Shown: positions 1 to 9,924 of the stretch, piece by piece | Layout of the letters: the number at the start of each line of letters is the position of its first letter | Numbering within the stretch: position 1 is the first letter of the stretch | Virus record (IMG/VR): IMGVR_UViG_3300008255_000228 | Coordinates: 1 to 40,204 of that record | DNA from: a virus | Taxonomy: Duplodnaviria; Caudoviricetes | Direction: 5' to 3' (one strand) | DNA length: 40,204 nt | Notes under the pieces: model-generated | Seen by the model: only the letters and a program-made list of their open reading frames with translations | Databases searched by the model: none | Told to the model about the DNA's origin: nothing | Translations under genes and position numbers: made by a program

Positions 1-35
1 TGATGTTCAATATTTAGCTTCAACGGATACAAACG

Positions 36-428
36 ATGGACAAGAGTAATCTTGAATTATCTTCTCCAGTAGAAGATGGATTATTGGTACAAAATCTACC
101 AACCAATATAGAGTTAATGGTGGAAACTAGCTATCGTAGTCGTAAGTTTTTCCTAACAATTTTGTCTGTGTTAATTCTTGTTCTTTTTTCACTGATGTCT
201 ATTTGGTTTACTGCAATAGCGGCTATTCTTCCTTCTTTTATTGGTGGACTTCTGGGTATTTTATCCCTATACTTTACAGGTAACGTAGCTAATAAATACG
301 TTCTAGGAAAGGTAATTAATAACAGCAATCAAATCCAAGCAACAAATGCTGTAAACAAAACAACAAGTGTTCCAGAGGTTGTAACTAAACCAGAAAACGC
401 TGTTGCAGACAAGGTAGCGGAGGCGTAA
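36..428 (+). CDS. membrane protein with two predicted TM helices (possible holin)
   Basis: Basic RSRK followed by two hydrophobic stretches and a polar tail; the holin role is inference only. Confidence 0.45.
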   Translation: MDKSNLELSSPVEDGLLVQNLPTNIELMVETSYRSRKFFLTILSVLILVLFSLMSIWFTAIAAILPSFIGGLLGILSLYFTGNVANKYVLGKVINNSNQIQATNAVNKTTSVPEVVTKPENAVADKVAEA

Positions 429-430
429 TT

Positions 431-634
431 ATGGCATTCACGGCAGCAGAGGAAGCAAGGATTGCAGCAATAGAAGATAGTATTGAAAAATTATTGGTTA
501 TGATTGGAAATCTTGCATCAAAATCACAACTAGAAAAGTATATAAACATTAACCAAGCAGAAGTTTCGACCCTCTCTGATACTGTAGATTCCCTACAGAG
601 TCAAATCACAGTCATTCAAGGAAACCTGCCATAA
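431..634 (+). CDS. small coiled-coil hypothetical protein
   Basis: GGAGG RBS upstream, heptad-like pattern, tightly packed with neighbours. Confidence 0.7.
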   Translation: MAFTAAEEARIAAIEDSIEKLLVMIGNLASKSQLEKYININQAEVSTLSDTVDSLQSQITVIQGNLP

Positions 635-652
635 TACGGATACGGAGAAACA

Positions 653-1528
653 ATGGATCTCATTAAAGCAACTGATGCTCACATGGTGCGCAAGAAGTTT
701 GGTCTACCTCGTGGTTCACATTTTTACCCCTCTGAGGCGTCAGTTAAATTCACTGACCTACACGGAATTGAAAGAGTAGAAGGCTCTTGTTTAAGACAAC
801 AGTATTATCGTATCACTGGAGAGGGAGCATCTTCTGGCACAGACCCATACAGTCAATGGATATTTGCCCTAGGTAGTGGTGTTGAACAAATTCTCATTGA
901 ACAGTGGAAACAGATGGGAATTTGGGTTGCCAATTCTGTTAGATTCTATGACAAAGAGCATAATATTTCTGGTGAGCTTGATGCTGTATTAATTGACCCA
1001 GAGAACGGCCAACTCTTTGGTGTGGAAGTTAAATCCTTCTACGGTTATTACGCAAAGAAATCAATTTGCGGAGACAAAAAAAATGAGGGAAGACCAAAGG
1101 GTTCTCAGCTTCTACAGTGTCTTATTTATGTAGATTTGTGTAAAAAGCTAGGAATCATCGACTATTTCAAGATGATCTACTATGCTAGAGATTCTGCTGA
1201 TAGAGCAGAGTTTGATATTAATATTTCCGTTCAAGCAGATGGCAAAAGGTATCCATCAATTAATGGGGTTATTGATTATCGATTCGAGATAGATGATATC
1301 TATATAAGATATGCAGAACTAGAAACGTATCTTGAGAACAAGCAACTTCCACCAAGAGATTTTAGCATTAAGTATAGTGGAGAATTGGTAGAGAAATTAA
1401 ATGCAATTGGAGAGATAGCTAAAACAAATTACGAGAAGTGGAAGAAATCGCCAGCGAAGAATCCCATCGGAGATTGGCAGTGCAAATACTGCAGTTTTAG
1501 TGAACATTGTTGGAAGGAAAACGAGTAG
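653..1528 (+). CDS. Cas4-like PD-(D/E)XK exonuclease
   Basis: N-terminal Cys (SCLRQ), GELD..EVKS catalytic motif, QxxxY, C-terminal CKYC...C cluster; GGAG RBS. Confidence 0.8.
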   Translation: MDLIKATDAHMVRKKFGLPRGSHFYPSEASVKFTDLHGIERVEGSCLRQQYYRITGEGASSGTDPYSQWIFALGSGVEQILIEQWKQMGIWVANSVRFYDKEHNISGELDAVLIDPENGQLFGVEVKSFYGYYAKKSICGDKKNEGRPKGSQLLQCLIYVDLCKKLGIIDYFKMIYYARDSADRAEFDINISVQADGKRYPSINGVIDYRFEIDDIYIRYAELETYLENKQLPPRDFSIKYSGELVEKLNAIGEIAKTNYEKWKKSPAKNPIGDWQCKYCSFSEHCWKENE

Positions 1529-1593
1529 TTAGCCTAGCCTTTTGTAATCTACAAAACATATCTAAATCCCCGTAAACATTTAACAATTATCTA

Positions 1594-1621
1594 TTGCATT
1601 CTCAGGAGAGAAGAGTAAACT
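1594..1621 (+). promoter_or_regulatory. possible sigma70-type promoter for the primase-helicase
   Basis: TTGCAT-N16-TAAACT in one of the few intergenic gaps. Confidence 0.3.
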
Positions 1622-1659
1622 AGGTACAGTTTTAACCAATCAGACGAACGGAGAATCCG

Positions 1660-4125
1660 ATGCAAATAAAGAATTTTCAGGAAACAATTGAATTAATTAA
1701 GCCATACCTAGGCAGCTATCTTGAGGAGAAGGGTATAAATGTCGATAACAAATTTAACTGTATCCACCCAAAGCACTCGGATTCGACCCCAAGTGCCAAT
1801 CTTGTTGGAGATAATAAAGAGCGCATCTATTGTCATGGCTGCGGGAGGCATTTTGATATTTTCGATGCTGTTGCCATTCTAGATAAAAAGCCAGCAGCAG
1901 GAATAGGCTGGGTTCAAGATACCTTAAAATGGTTGTGCGATAAATATAACGTAGAGTTTGTGTCTTCGAATATGTCAGAAGAAGATTCTTATAGACTAGA
2001 CGTTCACAGGGCATACCTTGCAGCTTTTGAAATTATCACAACAGATACACTTAAGTCGGCTAACCAAGCAATCACTGCGTCTCTAGAAGAAAGAGGGTGG
2101 TTGAAGGCTATCCCAGGACTCCAGGAATGGGGTATCGGGACGGTCTCTAATCTCTCGGACTTTCAAGAAGCACTAGAGGACCAAGGTTTCGACAAAGAGT
2201 TCTTAGAGGAAATTAATCTGCTGAAAGCAAACGTCTTTGCTCCAAATAACCTTATCTTTACTTGGCTTGATGAAAATCGTAGACCAGTTGGTTTTACGGC
2301 AAGAAGGGTGGATTATAAGAAGGGAGACGATGAAGGGAAGTATATAAACTTAAAAACCTCTGGTCTTAAATATAATCTATTTAACAAGAGTAAAAGATTG
2401 TTTGGATTAGACGAAGCTATCTCAGCAGAAAGACCTCTGTATATCTTCGAAGGACAGGCCGACGTTATTACTGCCCGAGTTCACGGAATGATGAATTGCG
2501 TAGCTCTTGCAGGCTCATCGTTCAGAGATGATCACGTAGCCCTACTAAGGTATCTTGGACTAACAGACATTGTTCTATGTCTAGATGGTGACAAAACAGG
2601 TCAAGAGAAAACTCAACAAATAGTTGAAGAAAAGCTGGCCGGACTTAAAGACATCAGAGTGCGCGTAATTACTATGCCTCCTGGTTATGACCCAGACTCA
2701 TTTATTAGAGACAATAGTATCTCAGAGTTCTATGGCCTAAAAGCTTGGACAGCCTTTGAGTGGAGATTGAACAAGTATCCAGACGACGCAGACGACGAAC
2801 AAATCTGCGAGCAGATGATCCCATTAATCCTCAATGAGCCGTCCAGAATCGCCCAGGAGACGATGGCGAAGGTTCTATCTAACCGTACCGGCTACTCCCT
2901 ACAGACGATTACAGCGCAAATAAACGCTATTATGGACGAACGATCTAACAAGAAGAATGAAGATAGGCAGCGAGTACTAGATAAAATCATTCACGAGATG
3001 AAGAAAAACCCCTCAGAAGCAGAGCTTATTCTAACGGAAGGTCAAGCTCTTCTTACCGAGGTTTCTAAAAAACACAATAGCGAGATTCTATCTAAAGAAC
3101 ATTTTCTAGGAAGATTAGATGAACAAAAAGTAACAGAAGAAACTGCCGCTATGATGGGTAAGTGGTTCAATCTTGGACACGAACTAAAGGAGCTTGAAGA
3201 TGCTCTTCGTGGAGATTGGAGTAATGGAGTTTGGTTTTGTTTAGGTGGTAAACCCAACCATGGAAAGACCGCCTTCTTAACAAAACTAGCTTATGAAATT
3301 GCTAAAAACAACGAAGATGCAATCGTTCTATACCATTCCATTGACGATACTGCTGAGCAAATAATACCTAGACTTGTTTGTGTTGCTGAAGGTTCACAAA
3401 GCATAACCATGAACATGGTACATCAACCAACATATTGGTCTAACACTGTTGGGATTCCAGATCTGATGGAAAAAAGAGCTTCTGGTTATTCATTAATTCG
3501 TGAGCTTGTGTTGCAGGGTCGTCTGATTGTGAAAGATATCGAACAAGGTTCTTCGCTTGTATTTGCTGAAGCTCTTATTTCACACTATCAGGAAAGATAT
3601 CCAGATCGACGTATTGTTTATATCTTAGATAACTTTCATAAACTTAATGACTTTGCAGGAGCAGACGAACGTGTAAGGTTTAAATCTCTCTCTCAGGCTG
3701 CCAAGGGTCTAGCTCTAAGAAAGAAGTGTTGCGTTATTACTACAGTTGAGTACACAAAACTATTGCCCGGTATCAAGCCAAATAACAACAATATTGCCGA
3801 AACTCAGCAAATTGAATACGACGCTAACCTTGTATTACATCTTTATAACGAAGTAGCAGATATTCCAGATAGGTTTACCGTCTGCAACAAGGCTACAAAC
3901 TGGAAAGGTGATCCAGTTTTCTATCCAAGACCAGAAATGATTATTGGCAAAAACAAAGTAACCGATATCAAGGAAACTTTTTTCCTGGACTTTTACCCTG
4001 GCTCATCTGACTATAAACATGTAAGCAGAGAGATTGTTCTACAAGATTCTAAAGCAATGGAGGACTTTAGGAAGGGCGGATATAACAATAAACCAAAAGA
4101 TGAAGTGGAGAGTATGTTCTCATGA
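1660..4125 (+). CDS. fused DNA primase (DnaG-type zinc finger + TOPRIM) and DnaB-like helicase
   Basis: CIHPKH..CHGC zinc finger, FEGQADV and LDGD TOPRIM motifs, Walker A GGKPNHGKT, ILDNFH, IEYDANLV. Confidence 0.9.
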   Translation: MQIKNFQETIELIKPYLGSYLEEKGINVDNKFNCIHPKHSDSTPSANLVGDNKERIYCHGCGRHFDIFDAVAILDKKPAAGIGWVQDTLKWLCDKYNVEFVSSNMSEEDSYRLDVHRAYLAAFEIITTDTLKSANQAITASLEERGWLKAIPGLQEWGIGTVSNLSDFQEALEDQGFDKEFLEEINLLKANVFAPNNLIFTWLDENRRPVGFTARRVDYKKGDDEGKYINLKTSGLKYNLFNKSKRLFGLDEAISAERPLYIFEGQADVITARVHGMMNCVALAGSSFRDDHVALLRYLGLTDIVLCLDGDKTGQEKTQQIVEEKLAGLKDIRVRVITMPPGYDPDSFIRDNSISEFYGLKAWTAFEWRLNKYPDDADDEQICEQMIPLILNEPSRIAQETMAKVLSNRTGYSLQTITAQINAIMDERSNKKNEDRQRVLDKIIHEMKKNPSEAELILTEGQALLTEVSKKHNSEILSKEHFLGRLDEQKVTEETAAMMGKWFNLGHELKELEDALRGDWSNGVWFCLGGKPNHGKTAFLTKLAYEIAKNNEDAIVLYHSIDDTAEQIIPRLVCVAEGSQSITMNMVHQPTYWSNTVGIPDLMEKRASGYSLIRELVLQGRLIVKDIEQGSSLVFAEALISHYQERYPDRRIVYILDNFHKLNDFAGADERVRFKSLSQAAKGLALRKKCCVITTVEYTKLLPGIKPNNNNIAETQQIEYDANLVLHLYNEVADIPDRFTVCNKATNWKGDPVFYPRPEMIIGKNKVTDIKETFFLDFYPGSSDYKHVSREIVLQDSKAMEDFRKGGYNNKPKDEVESMFS

Positions 4126-4310
4126 TAAAACTTATTGAATTAATCTGTACGAATAAAAAATGTAAAAATCAGTTCGAAAGTTGGCATGATTCAAAAGAAG
4201 AATCTTTCGAAAAATGTCCTGTCTGCGGAAAAGCGACAGAAGAAACCATTGGTAAGGCTATTCACGGTATGCATACTTCTAGCTGGGGATCTTGGAAAAT
4301 CAATGATTAA
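4122..4310 (+). CDS. FmdB-like zinc ribbon protein
   Basis: CTNKKC..FE..CPVCG; ATGA overlap with the helicase stop. Confidence 0.7.
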   Translation: MIKLIELICTNKKCKNQFESWHDSKEESFEKCPVCGKATEETIGKAIHGMHTSSWGSWKIND

Positions 4311-5274
4311 AAATATACTCTTAGGAATTGCCGCCGTATTGACTATCCTTCTTCTATCTGGCCTTGCTATTAAACAATGCCAAACAAATAGACAATTACA
4401 GTCCTTGATTCAAGAAAAAAATAGTAAGCTTATGGAGGCAGATTTAACAATTGGTCGAGCCCAGACAGAAATAGTTTCACTGAAGAAAGTCCATTCTATT
4501 GCCTTGGCAAATATAGACAAGAAGTGGAAAGAAGAAATTAAGAAAAGAGAGGCTCTTGTAGTTTTATATGTAGAACTACAAGCAAAATACGAAGCAGAAA
4601 AACTCAATATCAAAGTAAAAACAAAAGTTGTCTACATTGATAGAGTCACAACAGAACCAGTTGAAATACCTGTAGGTAAGCTTTTTATTAAAAAAGCAAA
4701 TGGAGATCTTGAGGAAGCTATTTCTTTACCTTGGAAATATTCAGATTTTAGAATAGATCTTGAAGGCGATGCATTAAATCAGACCTTAAGCTATAAGCTT
4801 CATCAAAGATTTAGGTTACAGTTTATTGAAACAAAACTTCTGACAGGAGCTAGAAATCATTATGCAAAACTTTGGGAATTGGATGACAAAGGAAACAAAC
4901 TAAAAGAATTAACTGTTACAAAGTTTGAAGTTATTAGAGGAGAAGAGTTACCAGATAAAATGTTTTGGTGGAACCCTAAACTAGATCTAGGTATTCACGG
5001 TGGAATAACTACTAGCGGTGACGGAACAGTATTGTTTGACCTCGGCCTCTCTACTTCTTCTTACGGAAAAACACCTAACGATATTTTTATTCGATTCTTT
5101 AGACTTTCTGCCCAATACTATCTCAATGGATTTTCTGTTGGTTTTTCTCCAGTACAATATAACCTTGGTCGCCATCTTCCTCTTGTTAGTAATCTTTGGA
5201 TTACCCCAAACCTTAGTTATGCACCAGTCGATAAGGTTGGTATTTTTTCACTGGGTCTATCGGTTGTATTCTAA
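4303..5274 (+). CDS. membrane-anchored protein: N-terminal TM, coiled coil, beta-rich C-terminus
   Basis: Start re-called at ATG 4303 (MIKNILLGIAAVLTILLLSGLA); amphipathic beta pattern ending LGLSVVF. Confidence 0.65.
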   Translation: MIKNILLGIAAVLTILLLSGLAIKQCQTNRQLQSLIQEKNSKLMEADLTIGRAQTEIVSLKKVHSIALANIDKKWKEEIKKREALVVLYVELQAKYEAEKLNIKVKTKVVYIDRVTTEPVEIPVGKLFIKKANGDLEEAISLPWKYSDFRIDLEGDALNQTLSYKLHQRFRLQFIETKLLTGARNHYAKLWELDDKGNKLKELTVTKFEVIRGEELPDKMFWWNPKLDLGIHGGITTSGDGTVLFDLGLSTSSYGKTPNDIFIRFFRLSAQYYLNGFSVGFSPVQYNLGRHLPLVSNLWITPNLSYAPVDKVGIFSLGLSVVF

Positions 5275-5618
5275 TGCCTATCCACTACTGCGACACAATC
5301 TATGAAAGTGATCCCATTACAGATATCAACCCTCTTCTTCTAAGAAGATACAAAAAAGAAAATATCTTAGTAATATGTACAAGAGATGGAATGGTAACTA
5401 GAATTAACGATAGAATGGCAGAGTTCGAAGAAGCATACCCAGATCAGTCACTTAATGTGATTGGTATATGGGAACTAGAACCTTCATTTGTTGAAACAGG
5501 TTTTGTTGACCTAGATTTTGTCTTTGATCACTATGTAATAATTATCGTTGGGAAAAATAGAGTTCACAAAAGATACGAACCTATTATAGAGCAGATTGAA
5601 TCAGCATGTATAAAATAA
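5274..5618 (+). CDS. hypothetical protein
   Basis: TAATG stop/start coupling. Confidence 0.7.
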   Translation: MPIHYCDTIYESDPITDINPLLLRRYKKENILVICTRDGMVTRINDRMAEFEEAYPDQSLNVIGIWELEPSFVETGFVDLDFVFDHYVIIIVGKNRVHKRYEPIIEQIESACIK

Positions 5619-6316
5619 CAATCAAAAATATTCTTACCTATACGAATTGTCCAAGAAAGACAGCCTTCTCTTGGAACGAAACAGAAGAAAAGGAAGACGA
5701 TTATAAAAGTGTTTTTGGATACATTGTTTCCAAAGCCTATACTTATTTAAATATTCACAATAAGTTCCCAACATGGAATCTTGTAAGGAGCTGGGCCGCA
5801 TCCAAACTCTCGTTTGCTACCCCACTTAGTTTAACTGAAATAGACAGAATCTATTCTCAAATCTTTAAATGGTATGAAAACATCTTCTTGACCGAGCTCA
5901 ACAAGACCGGCCTTCCTAATGTGCCCATCCTTCTTCCTCTTGGTACATCTATTGTGCTATCTGATTCTATCCCTCTTTTGGTTACGTCCCCTCTTATGAT
6001 AGGAGACATCTACGAAGCGTCTGGTAAAGACTTTTCTAAGTATACGGGGATAAGCCTCTATAGAGATTACACGTCACACATAAGAAGCTGGATATTTTGG
6101 AAGGCATCAGGAATCTTACCTAAGAAATATTTTCGTCTTGTTTTAGGTAAGGAAAGTGTTAAACTAGTGAAAATAAACATAGTTGAGAAAATACTTACAG
6201 AAAAAATAGAGCCATTAATTAGACATACTACCTTAGGTATACAAAATAGTGTATGGTATCAATCGGTATCAGAACAATGTAGTACATGTAAGTATTTCAA
6301 CGAATGCAGATTTTAG
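5606..6316 (+). CDS. degenerate Cas4/AddB-like nuclease-fold protein
   Basis: TYTNCPRK and CSTCKYFNEC four-Cys frame; no clear ExK catalytic motif. Confidence 0.6.
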   Translation: MYKITIKNILTYTNCPRKTAFSWNETEEKEDDYKSVFGYIVSKAYTYLNIHNKFPTWNLVRSWAASKLSFATPLSLTEIDRIYSQIFKWYENIFLTELNKTGLPNVPILLPLGTSIVLSDSIPLLVTSPLMIGDIYEASGKDFSKYTGISLYRDYTSHIRSWIFWKASGILPKKYFRLVLGKESVKLVKINIVEKILTEKIEPLIRHTTLGIQNSVWYQSVSEQCSTCKYFNECRF

Positions 6317-6326
6317 GAGGAATATT

Positions 6327-6470
6327 TTGTTAAAAATCAAAGATGCAACAGGTAGAACTAAGTTCATTCTTAGAGACGATGATGAAGCTCCTGTATCAAT
6401 TGATGAACTAGTACTTAGAGACTCTTCTAAGAAAGAAGAAAAAGAAAAAGAAGAGAAGGTAGAAGACTAA
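6327..6470 (+). CDS. small charged hypothetical protein
   Basis: AGGAGG RBS before TTG at 6327 (start re-called from 6249). Confidence 0.6.
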   Translation: MLKIKDATGRTKFILRDDDEAPVSIDELVLRDSSKKEEKEKEEKVED

Positions 6471-6770
6471 ATGGAAAAAGACTATTCAATAGCAGACGAA
6501 GCGAATGGGAAAGTAGCCTGCTCTCGTTGTGGCTGTGTCTGGTTAACTCACCAAGAAGCTTCTAAATATACCTATGAACTGCTTGCGCTTGGTACGAGAA
6601 TGAGACAGTCTGGACCTGTTACCTTTAACCTTTTTACTTGCATTAAGTGCAATAACAAAATGACACTTGTTGGCACTTCTATGACCACCAGAAAAGAGAT
6701 CAAAGATCTTTATTTTGAGTTCTCAAAAGTGCTAATGGAAATCAACGAAAATGAAGCTGATAAGCTCTAA
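6471..6770 (+). CDS. zinc-ribbon hypothetical protein
   Basis: CSRCG and CIKC pairs. Confidence 0.65.
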   Translation: MEKDYSIADEANGKVACSRCGCVWLTHQEASKYTYELLALGTRMRQSGPVTFNLFTCIKCNNKMTLVGTSMTTRKEIKDLYFEFSKVLMEINENEADKL

Positions 6771-7035
6771 CCGATTTTACCTGCCTGGCACAGATAAAAA
6801 ATGGTTACATATTGCTACTGTTACAAATTCTGTAAGAGAATATATGTGCTTTGCAGATGTAGCCACTTCGCAAATCTATATTGAAGAAATCACAGGCGGT
6901 TCTCTTTCTTTTATCGAAGACGAAAGTTTAGCAAAAGCAATTCATAACTTTCTTGTATACAAGAAGGTGTTATTAATGGATCGACCCCTTCTTTCAGACG
7001 CAGATTGGTTTAAAAAACAAAATGAAAACAAGTAG
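6751..7035 (+). CDS. hypothetical protein
   Basis: ORF tiles within the operon. Confidence 0.65.
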   Translation: MKLISSNRFYLPGTDKKWLHIATVTNSVREYMCFADVATSQIYIEEITGGSLSFIEDESLAKAIHNFLVYKKVLLMDRPLLSDADWFKKQNENK

Positions 7036-7579
7036 ATTTCAACAAGAATTTAGATCTAATGCAAGCAAACTTCACAAAAAAATAGGAGACGCTCTTCGAT
7101 CTCCTACCTCTCCTTTTGCTGGCTTTAAGATCTATCAAGAATACCCTGTTTCTAGAGTAAATGTTTCATACAGAAATAATGCGCATAAATTTGACTGGGT
7201 AATTCTAGATCTTAAGATCGTTATTGAAGCTCATGGAGAACAACATTATAAACCAGTACAATTCGGAGGTATCTCTATTGACGAAGCAATAAGCAACTTT
7301 AAGCTTCAGCAAAACAGAGACAAAATAAAACAAGCAGCAGCAGAAGAAACAGGCTACACTTGTATTAGTATTCCATATAGTGACTTAAAGTTAATTAACA
7401 CAGATTACATTTGGAATCTCTATCAAAAAAATAAAATTATTGAACAAATCCAAGAACCACCTAAAGAAATAAATGAATACAAAGAAGCTCAAAAAGAAAG
7501 AGCAAAAGAATATAGAAAAGAACAATATGAGAAACAAAAAGAATGGAAAGCTCAACAAAAACTCTTACAGGAGGAGTAG
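7022..7579 (+). CDS. DUF559/Vsr-like endonuclease
   Basis: QEYP..FDW..IVIEAHGEQHY..RDKIK..IPY pattern. Confidence 0.7.
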   Translation: MKTSRFQQEFRSNASKLHKKIGDALRSPTSPFAGFKIYQEYPVSRVNVSYRNNAHKFDWVILDLKIVIEAHGEQHYKPVQFGGISIDEAISNFKLQQNRDKIKQAAAEETGYTCISIPYSDLKLINTDYIWNLYQKNKIIEQIQEPPKEINEYKEAQKERAKEYRKEQYEKQKEWKAQQKLLQEE

Positions 7580-7581
7580 AA

Positions 7582-8277
7582 ATGAAACTAATTGACATTA
7601 GGGAAACTATCCCAAAGCATAAAACACGACAATGGAGTAAGCAAAAAAATGTAAAACGCATTGGCGTTCACACTACCGCTTCTAATAATCAAAATCCTAA
7701 TGCAACCGCGTCATATCATAGTACCCCTAGTAAGGATAATCATATTTCAACAAAAGGCGCACCAGGTCTTTGTTATCATGACTTTATTGCTAAAGACGGA
7801 ACAGTGTATCACTGCAACAACTACGATGATGTAGTCTGGCACTGGGGTCTTTGGAACAATAATTCTGTTGGCGTATGCCTAGCGTACAAAGGTCAAGACG
7901 GCCTTTCTCCACCTGACGAAATGATGCTAGCTCTAGAAAAGCATCTAGTTGTTCTATGTCTTTATCTTAAAGTTCTTCCCTCTAATGTTTATGGTCATAG
8001 AGAAGTTCCTGGCATGTTTACCATCCTTGGTAACGGTTCAAAGAAGTATAAAAAAACCTGTCCTGGCATGGGAATCGATTTAGATAAGCTACGCTCTAGT
8101 CTTACAAAAAATCTTCAAAGAAGATTAGCTGCAGAAGGTTTATATAATGGCGCCATTGATGGCTTATTCTGGGAAAATTCTCAAAGAGCACTTAATGCCT
8201 TTGTTCCAGAAAAAGCTATTGCTCAGAATCTTGACTGGTTTACAGCAGAAGACGAAGAACTAGGTGAAATGGAATAA
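7582..8277 (+). CDS. N-acetylmuramoyl-L-alanine amidase (endolysin) with C-terminal peptidoglycan-binding domain
   Basis: IGVHTTA, YHDFI..DG, VVWH, YGHRE, KTCPG; LQRRL..GLY.GAIDG binding motif; start re-called at ATG 7582 after GGAGGAG. Confidence 0.85.
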   Translation: MKLIDIRETIPKHKTRQWSKQKNVKRIGVHTTASNNQNPNATASYHSTPSKDNHISTKGAPGLCYHDFIAKDGTVYHCNNYDDVVWHWGLWNNNSVGVCLAYKGQDGLSPPDEMMLALEKHLVVLCLYLKVLPSNVYGHREVPGMFTILGNGSKKYKKTCPGMGIDLDKLRSSLTKNLQRRLAAEGLYNGAIDGLFWENSQRALNAFVPEKAIAQNLDWFTAEDEELGEME

Positions 8278-8876
8278 TGTTTACCCGCGCCCGCCTTTGG
8301 TCCCCTGTTGAGCTGGACTACATTAAACTAAATATTGACAAACCAGTCGGACAACTCTGTATTGCTCTTGGCAGGGGTACTGGCGCAATTAAATCAAAAA
8401 TAGCAGAGTTGAAAGGAGAAAAACTTCCTGTTAAAAAATCAACTCGATCTAAGATTGGAAAAAGAAAAGACTGCAATAATTTATTCTTTCGTTCTGGCTG
8501 GGAAGCTAATATTTACAGAATGTTTAAACTAGATAAGACTGTAGCTAAGATAGAATATGAACCACAAGATTTTACCTTTTGGCAGTTTGGTCATCACAAG
8601 GGCACAGTGGTCTATACACCAGACTTTAGAGTTACCTATAAGGATGGGTCCTGGATATGGATAGAAGTCAAGGGCGGCCTTATGAAGCAGCCAGATCGCA
8701 CAAAAATCAAAAGGTTCCGCAAGTATTATCCAGAAGAGTTTAAACATTTAGTGGCCATCACTCCCGGCCTCTCTTCTAAGACTGCGCAATTTTTTACCAA
8801 CGAAGGAATTAAAATCCTTTATTATTACCCTGACTTAAACAAAAAATATAAAAAAACTATTGATAATTGGGAATAA
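8277..8876 (+). CDS. PD-(D/E)XK endonuclease (T7 endonuclease I / DUF1064-like, possible resolvase)
   Basis: FRSGWE, YEP, YTPDF, IEVKG; short N-terminal HTH-like region. Confidence 0.7.
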   Translation: MFTRARLWSPVELDYIKLNIDKPVGQLCIALGRGTGAIKSKIAELKGEKLPVKKSTRSKIGKRKDCNNLFFRSGWEANIYRMFKLDKTVAKIEYEPQDFTFWQFGHHKGTVVYTPDFRVTYKDGSWIWIEVKGGLMKQPDRTKIKRFRKYYPEEFKHLVAITPGLSSKTAQFFTNEGIKILYYYPDLNKKYKKTIDNWE

Positions 8877-9464
8877 ATGTTACCTAGATATAAATCTATT
8901 CGTCCTAAAAACTGGACAAAACAAGATTTAGAAAAAGCCACAAGAGAAACAATTCTTTTTATAATAGACCTATGTCTTGGAAATCCTCCAGCAGAAGGAA
9001 ACGAATGGTTTTATCAGTCTTTTCTATATAGAAAATCAAAAAGAGAAAGACTTTTTGGAGTACCAGAAGATCTAAATAAAGTTAGAGAGAAACTACAATC
9101 AGCGTGGTGGATAGAAGAAGATGATATTAAGCAACAAATAGCTAAAATTATTATTGAAAAAAAAATCAGCACTGCTCACAATATACAATTCTTACTGGCT
9201 AGAAATATGGTAAAATGGTTAATAGAACAAAGAGTGTTCTCAAGGCAAACAGATTGGGAAAGTAAATTACCTACTGAAGAAACAGAATGGGTTGAACCAA
9301 ATATGAATTTAGTAAGTCTAGCTTCTCTTTGCACGCCTCATTCTGATATCTTCTATACGTATCTTTTCTATTTAAAACACATAGTTAGATTGACCGAAAG
9401 AAATATGTGTGATATTGTCTCACTAAGCCCAAAAATCTTGAACATGCATTTAAAGGAGCTATAA
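8877..9464 (+). CDS. hypothetical protein, possibly a divergent sigma-factor-like HTH protein
   Basis: EEDDIKQQ resembles sigma region 2; the C-terminal LTERNMCDIVSLS resembles an HTH; weak. Confidence 0.4.
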   Translation: MLPRYKSIRPKNWTKQDLEKATRETILFIIDLCLGNPPAEGNEWFYQSFLYRKSKRERLFGVPEDLNKVREKLQSAWWIEEDDIKQQIAKIIIEKKISTAHNIQFLLARNMVKWLIEQRVFSRQTDWESKLPTEETEWVEPNMNLVSLASLCTPHSDIFYTYLFYLKHIVRLTERNMCDIVSLSPKILNMHLKEL

Positions 9465-9465
9465 A

Positions 9466-9924
9466 ATGAAATTTTCTTCACAACAAGAACAAGTAAAACA
9501 TAAGCTTGCTATGGATGGTAAACTGAATCCTGTAGCAGTAGAGAAACTTAAATTTCCTGGACTTAAGGGACTTTTTCTTTCAGTGCCTGAGGTTGCAAAG
9601 AAAACTTCTACAGAGAAGGTTGTCAAAGACCACAAACTAAAGAACTTTGCTACTCTGTCTCGTAGAAATTTAGCCGAGGCTCTAGTAGATATTCTTATAG
9701 AGAACAAAGGGGTCTATGCTATAGAATGGAATGTTTTGGCAGGAGAAGTAAAGCTTAGCCAAGCTAATTTCGATCAAAGACGCCCTACTACAGAGGAATC
9801 TAAGACGGCGCTAGTTGACTTTCTTACTATGATTATTCGTTGTCGAGCAGGTCTTCAGAATCTTCGATGGACTCTATCGGAAGAGAAGGTTCGTTTTGAA
9901 TATCTTCCACGTTACAACTTGTAG
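9466..9924 (+). CDS. hypothetical protein with an internal repeat
   Basis: AAGGAG RBS; last + strand gene. Confidence 0.7.
   Translation: MKFSSQQEQVKHKLAMDGKLNPVAVEKLKFPGLKGLFLSVPEVAKKTSTEKVVKDHKLKNFATLSRRNLAEALVDILIENKGVYAIEWNVLAGEVKLSQANFDQRRPTTEESKTALVDFLTMIIRCRAGLQNLRWTLSEEKVRFEYLPRYNL

Noticed and set aside
653-1528. CRISPR-Cas system suggested by the Cas4-like gene
   Set aside because: No repeat-spacer array or other cas genes; solo Cas4-like nucleases are common in phages.
5018-5305. Nested hydrophobic ORF as an o-spanin
   Set aside because: No lipobox or convincing RBS; probably a shadow frame.
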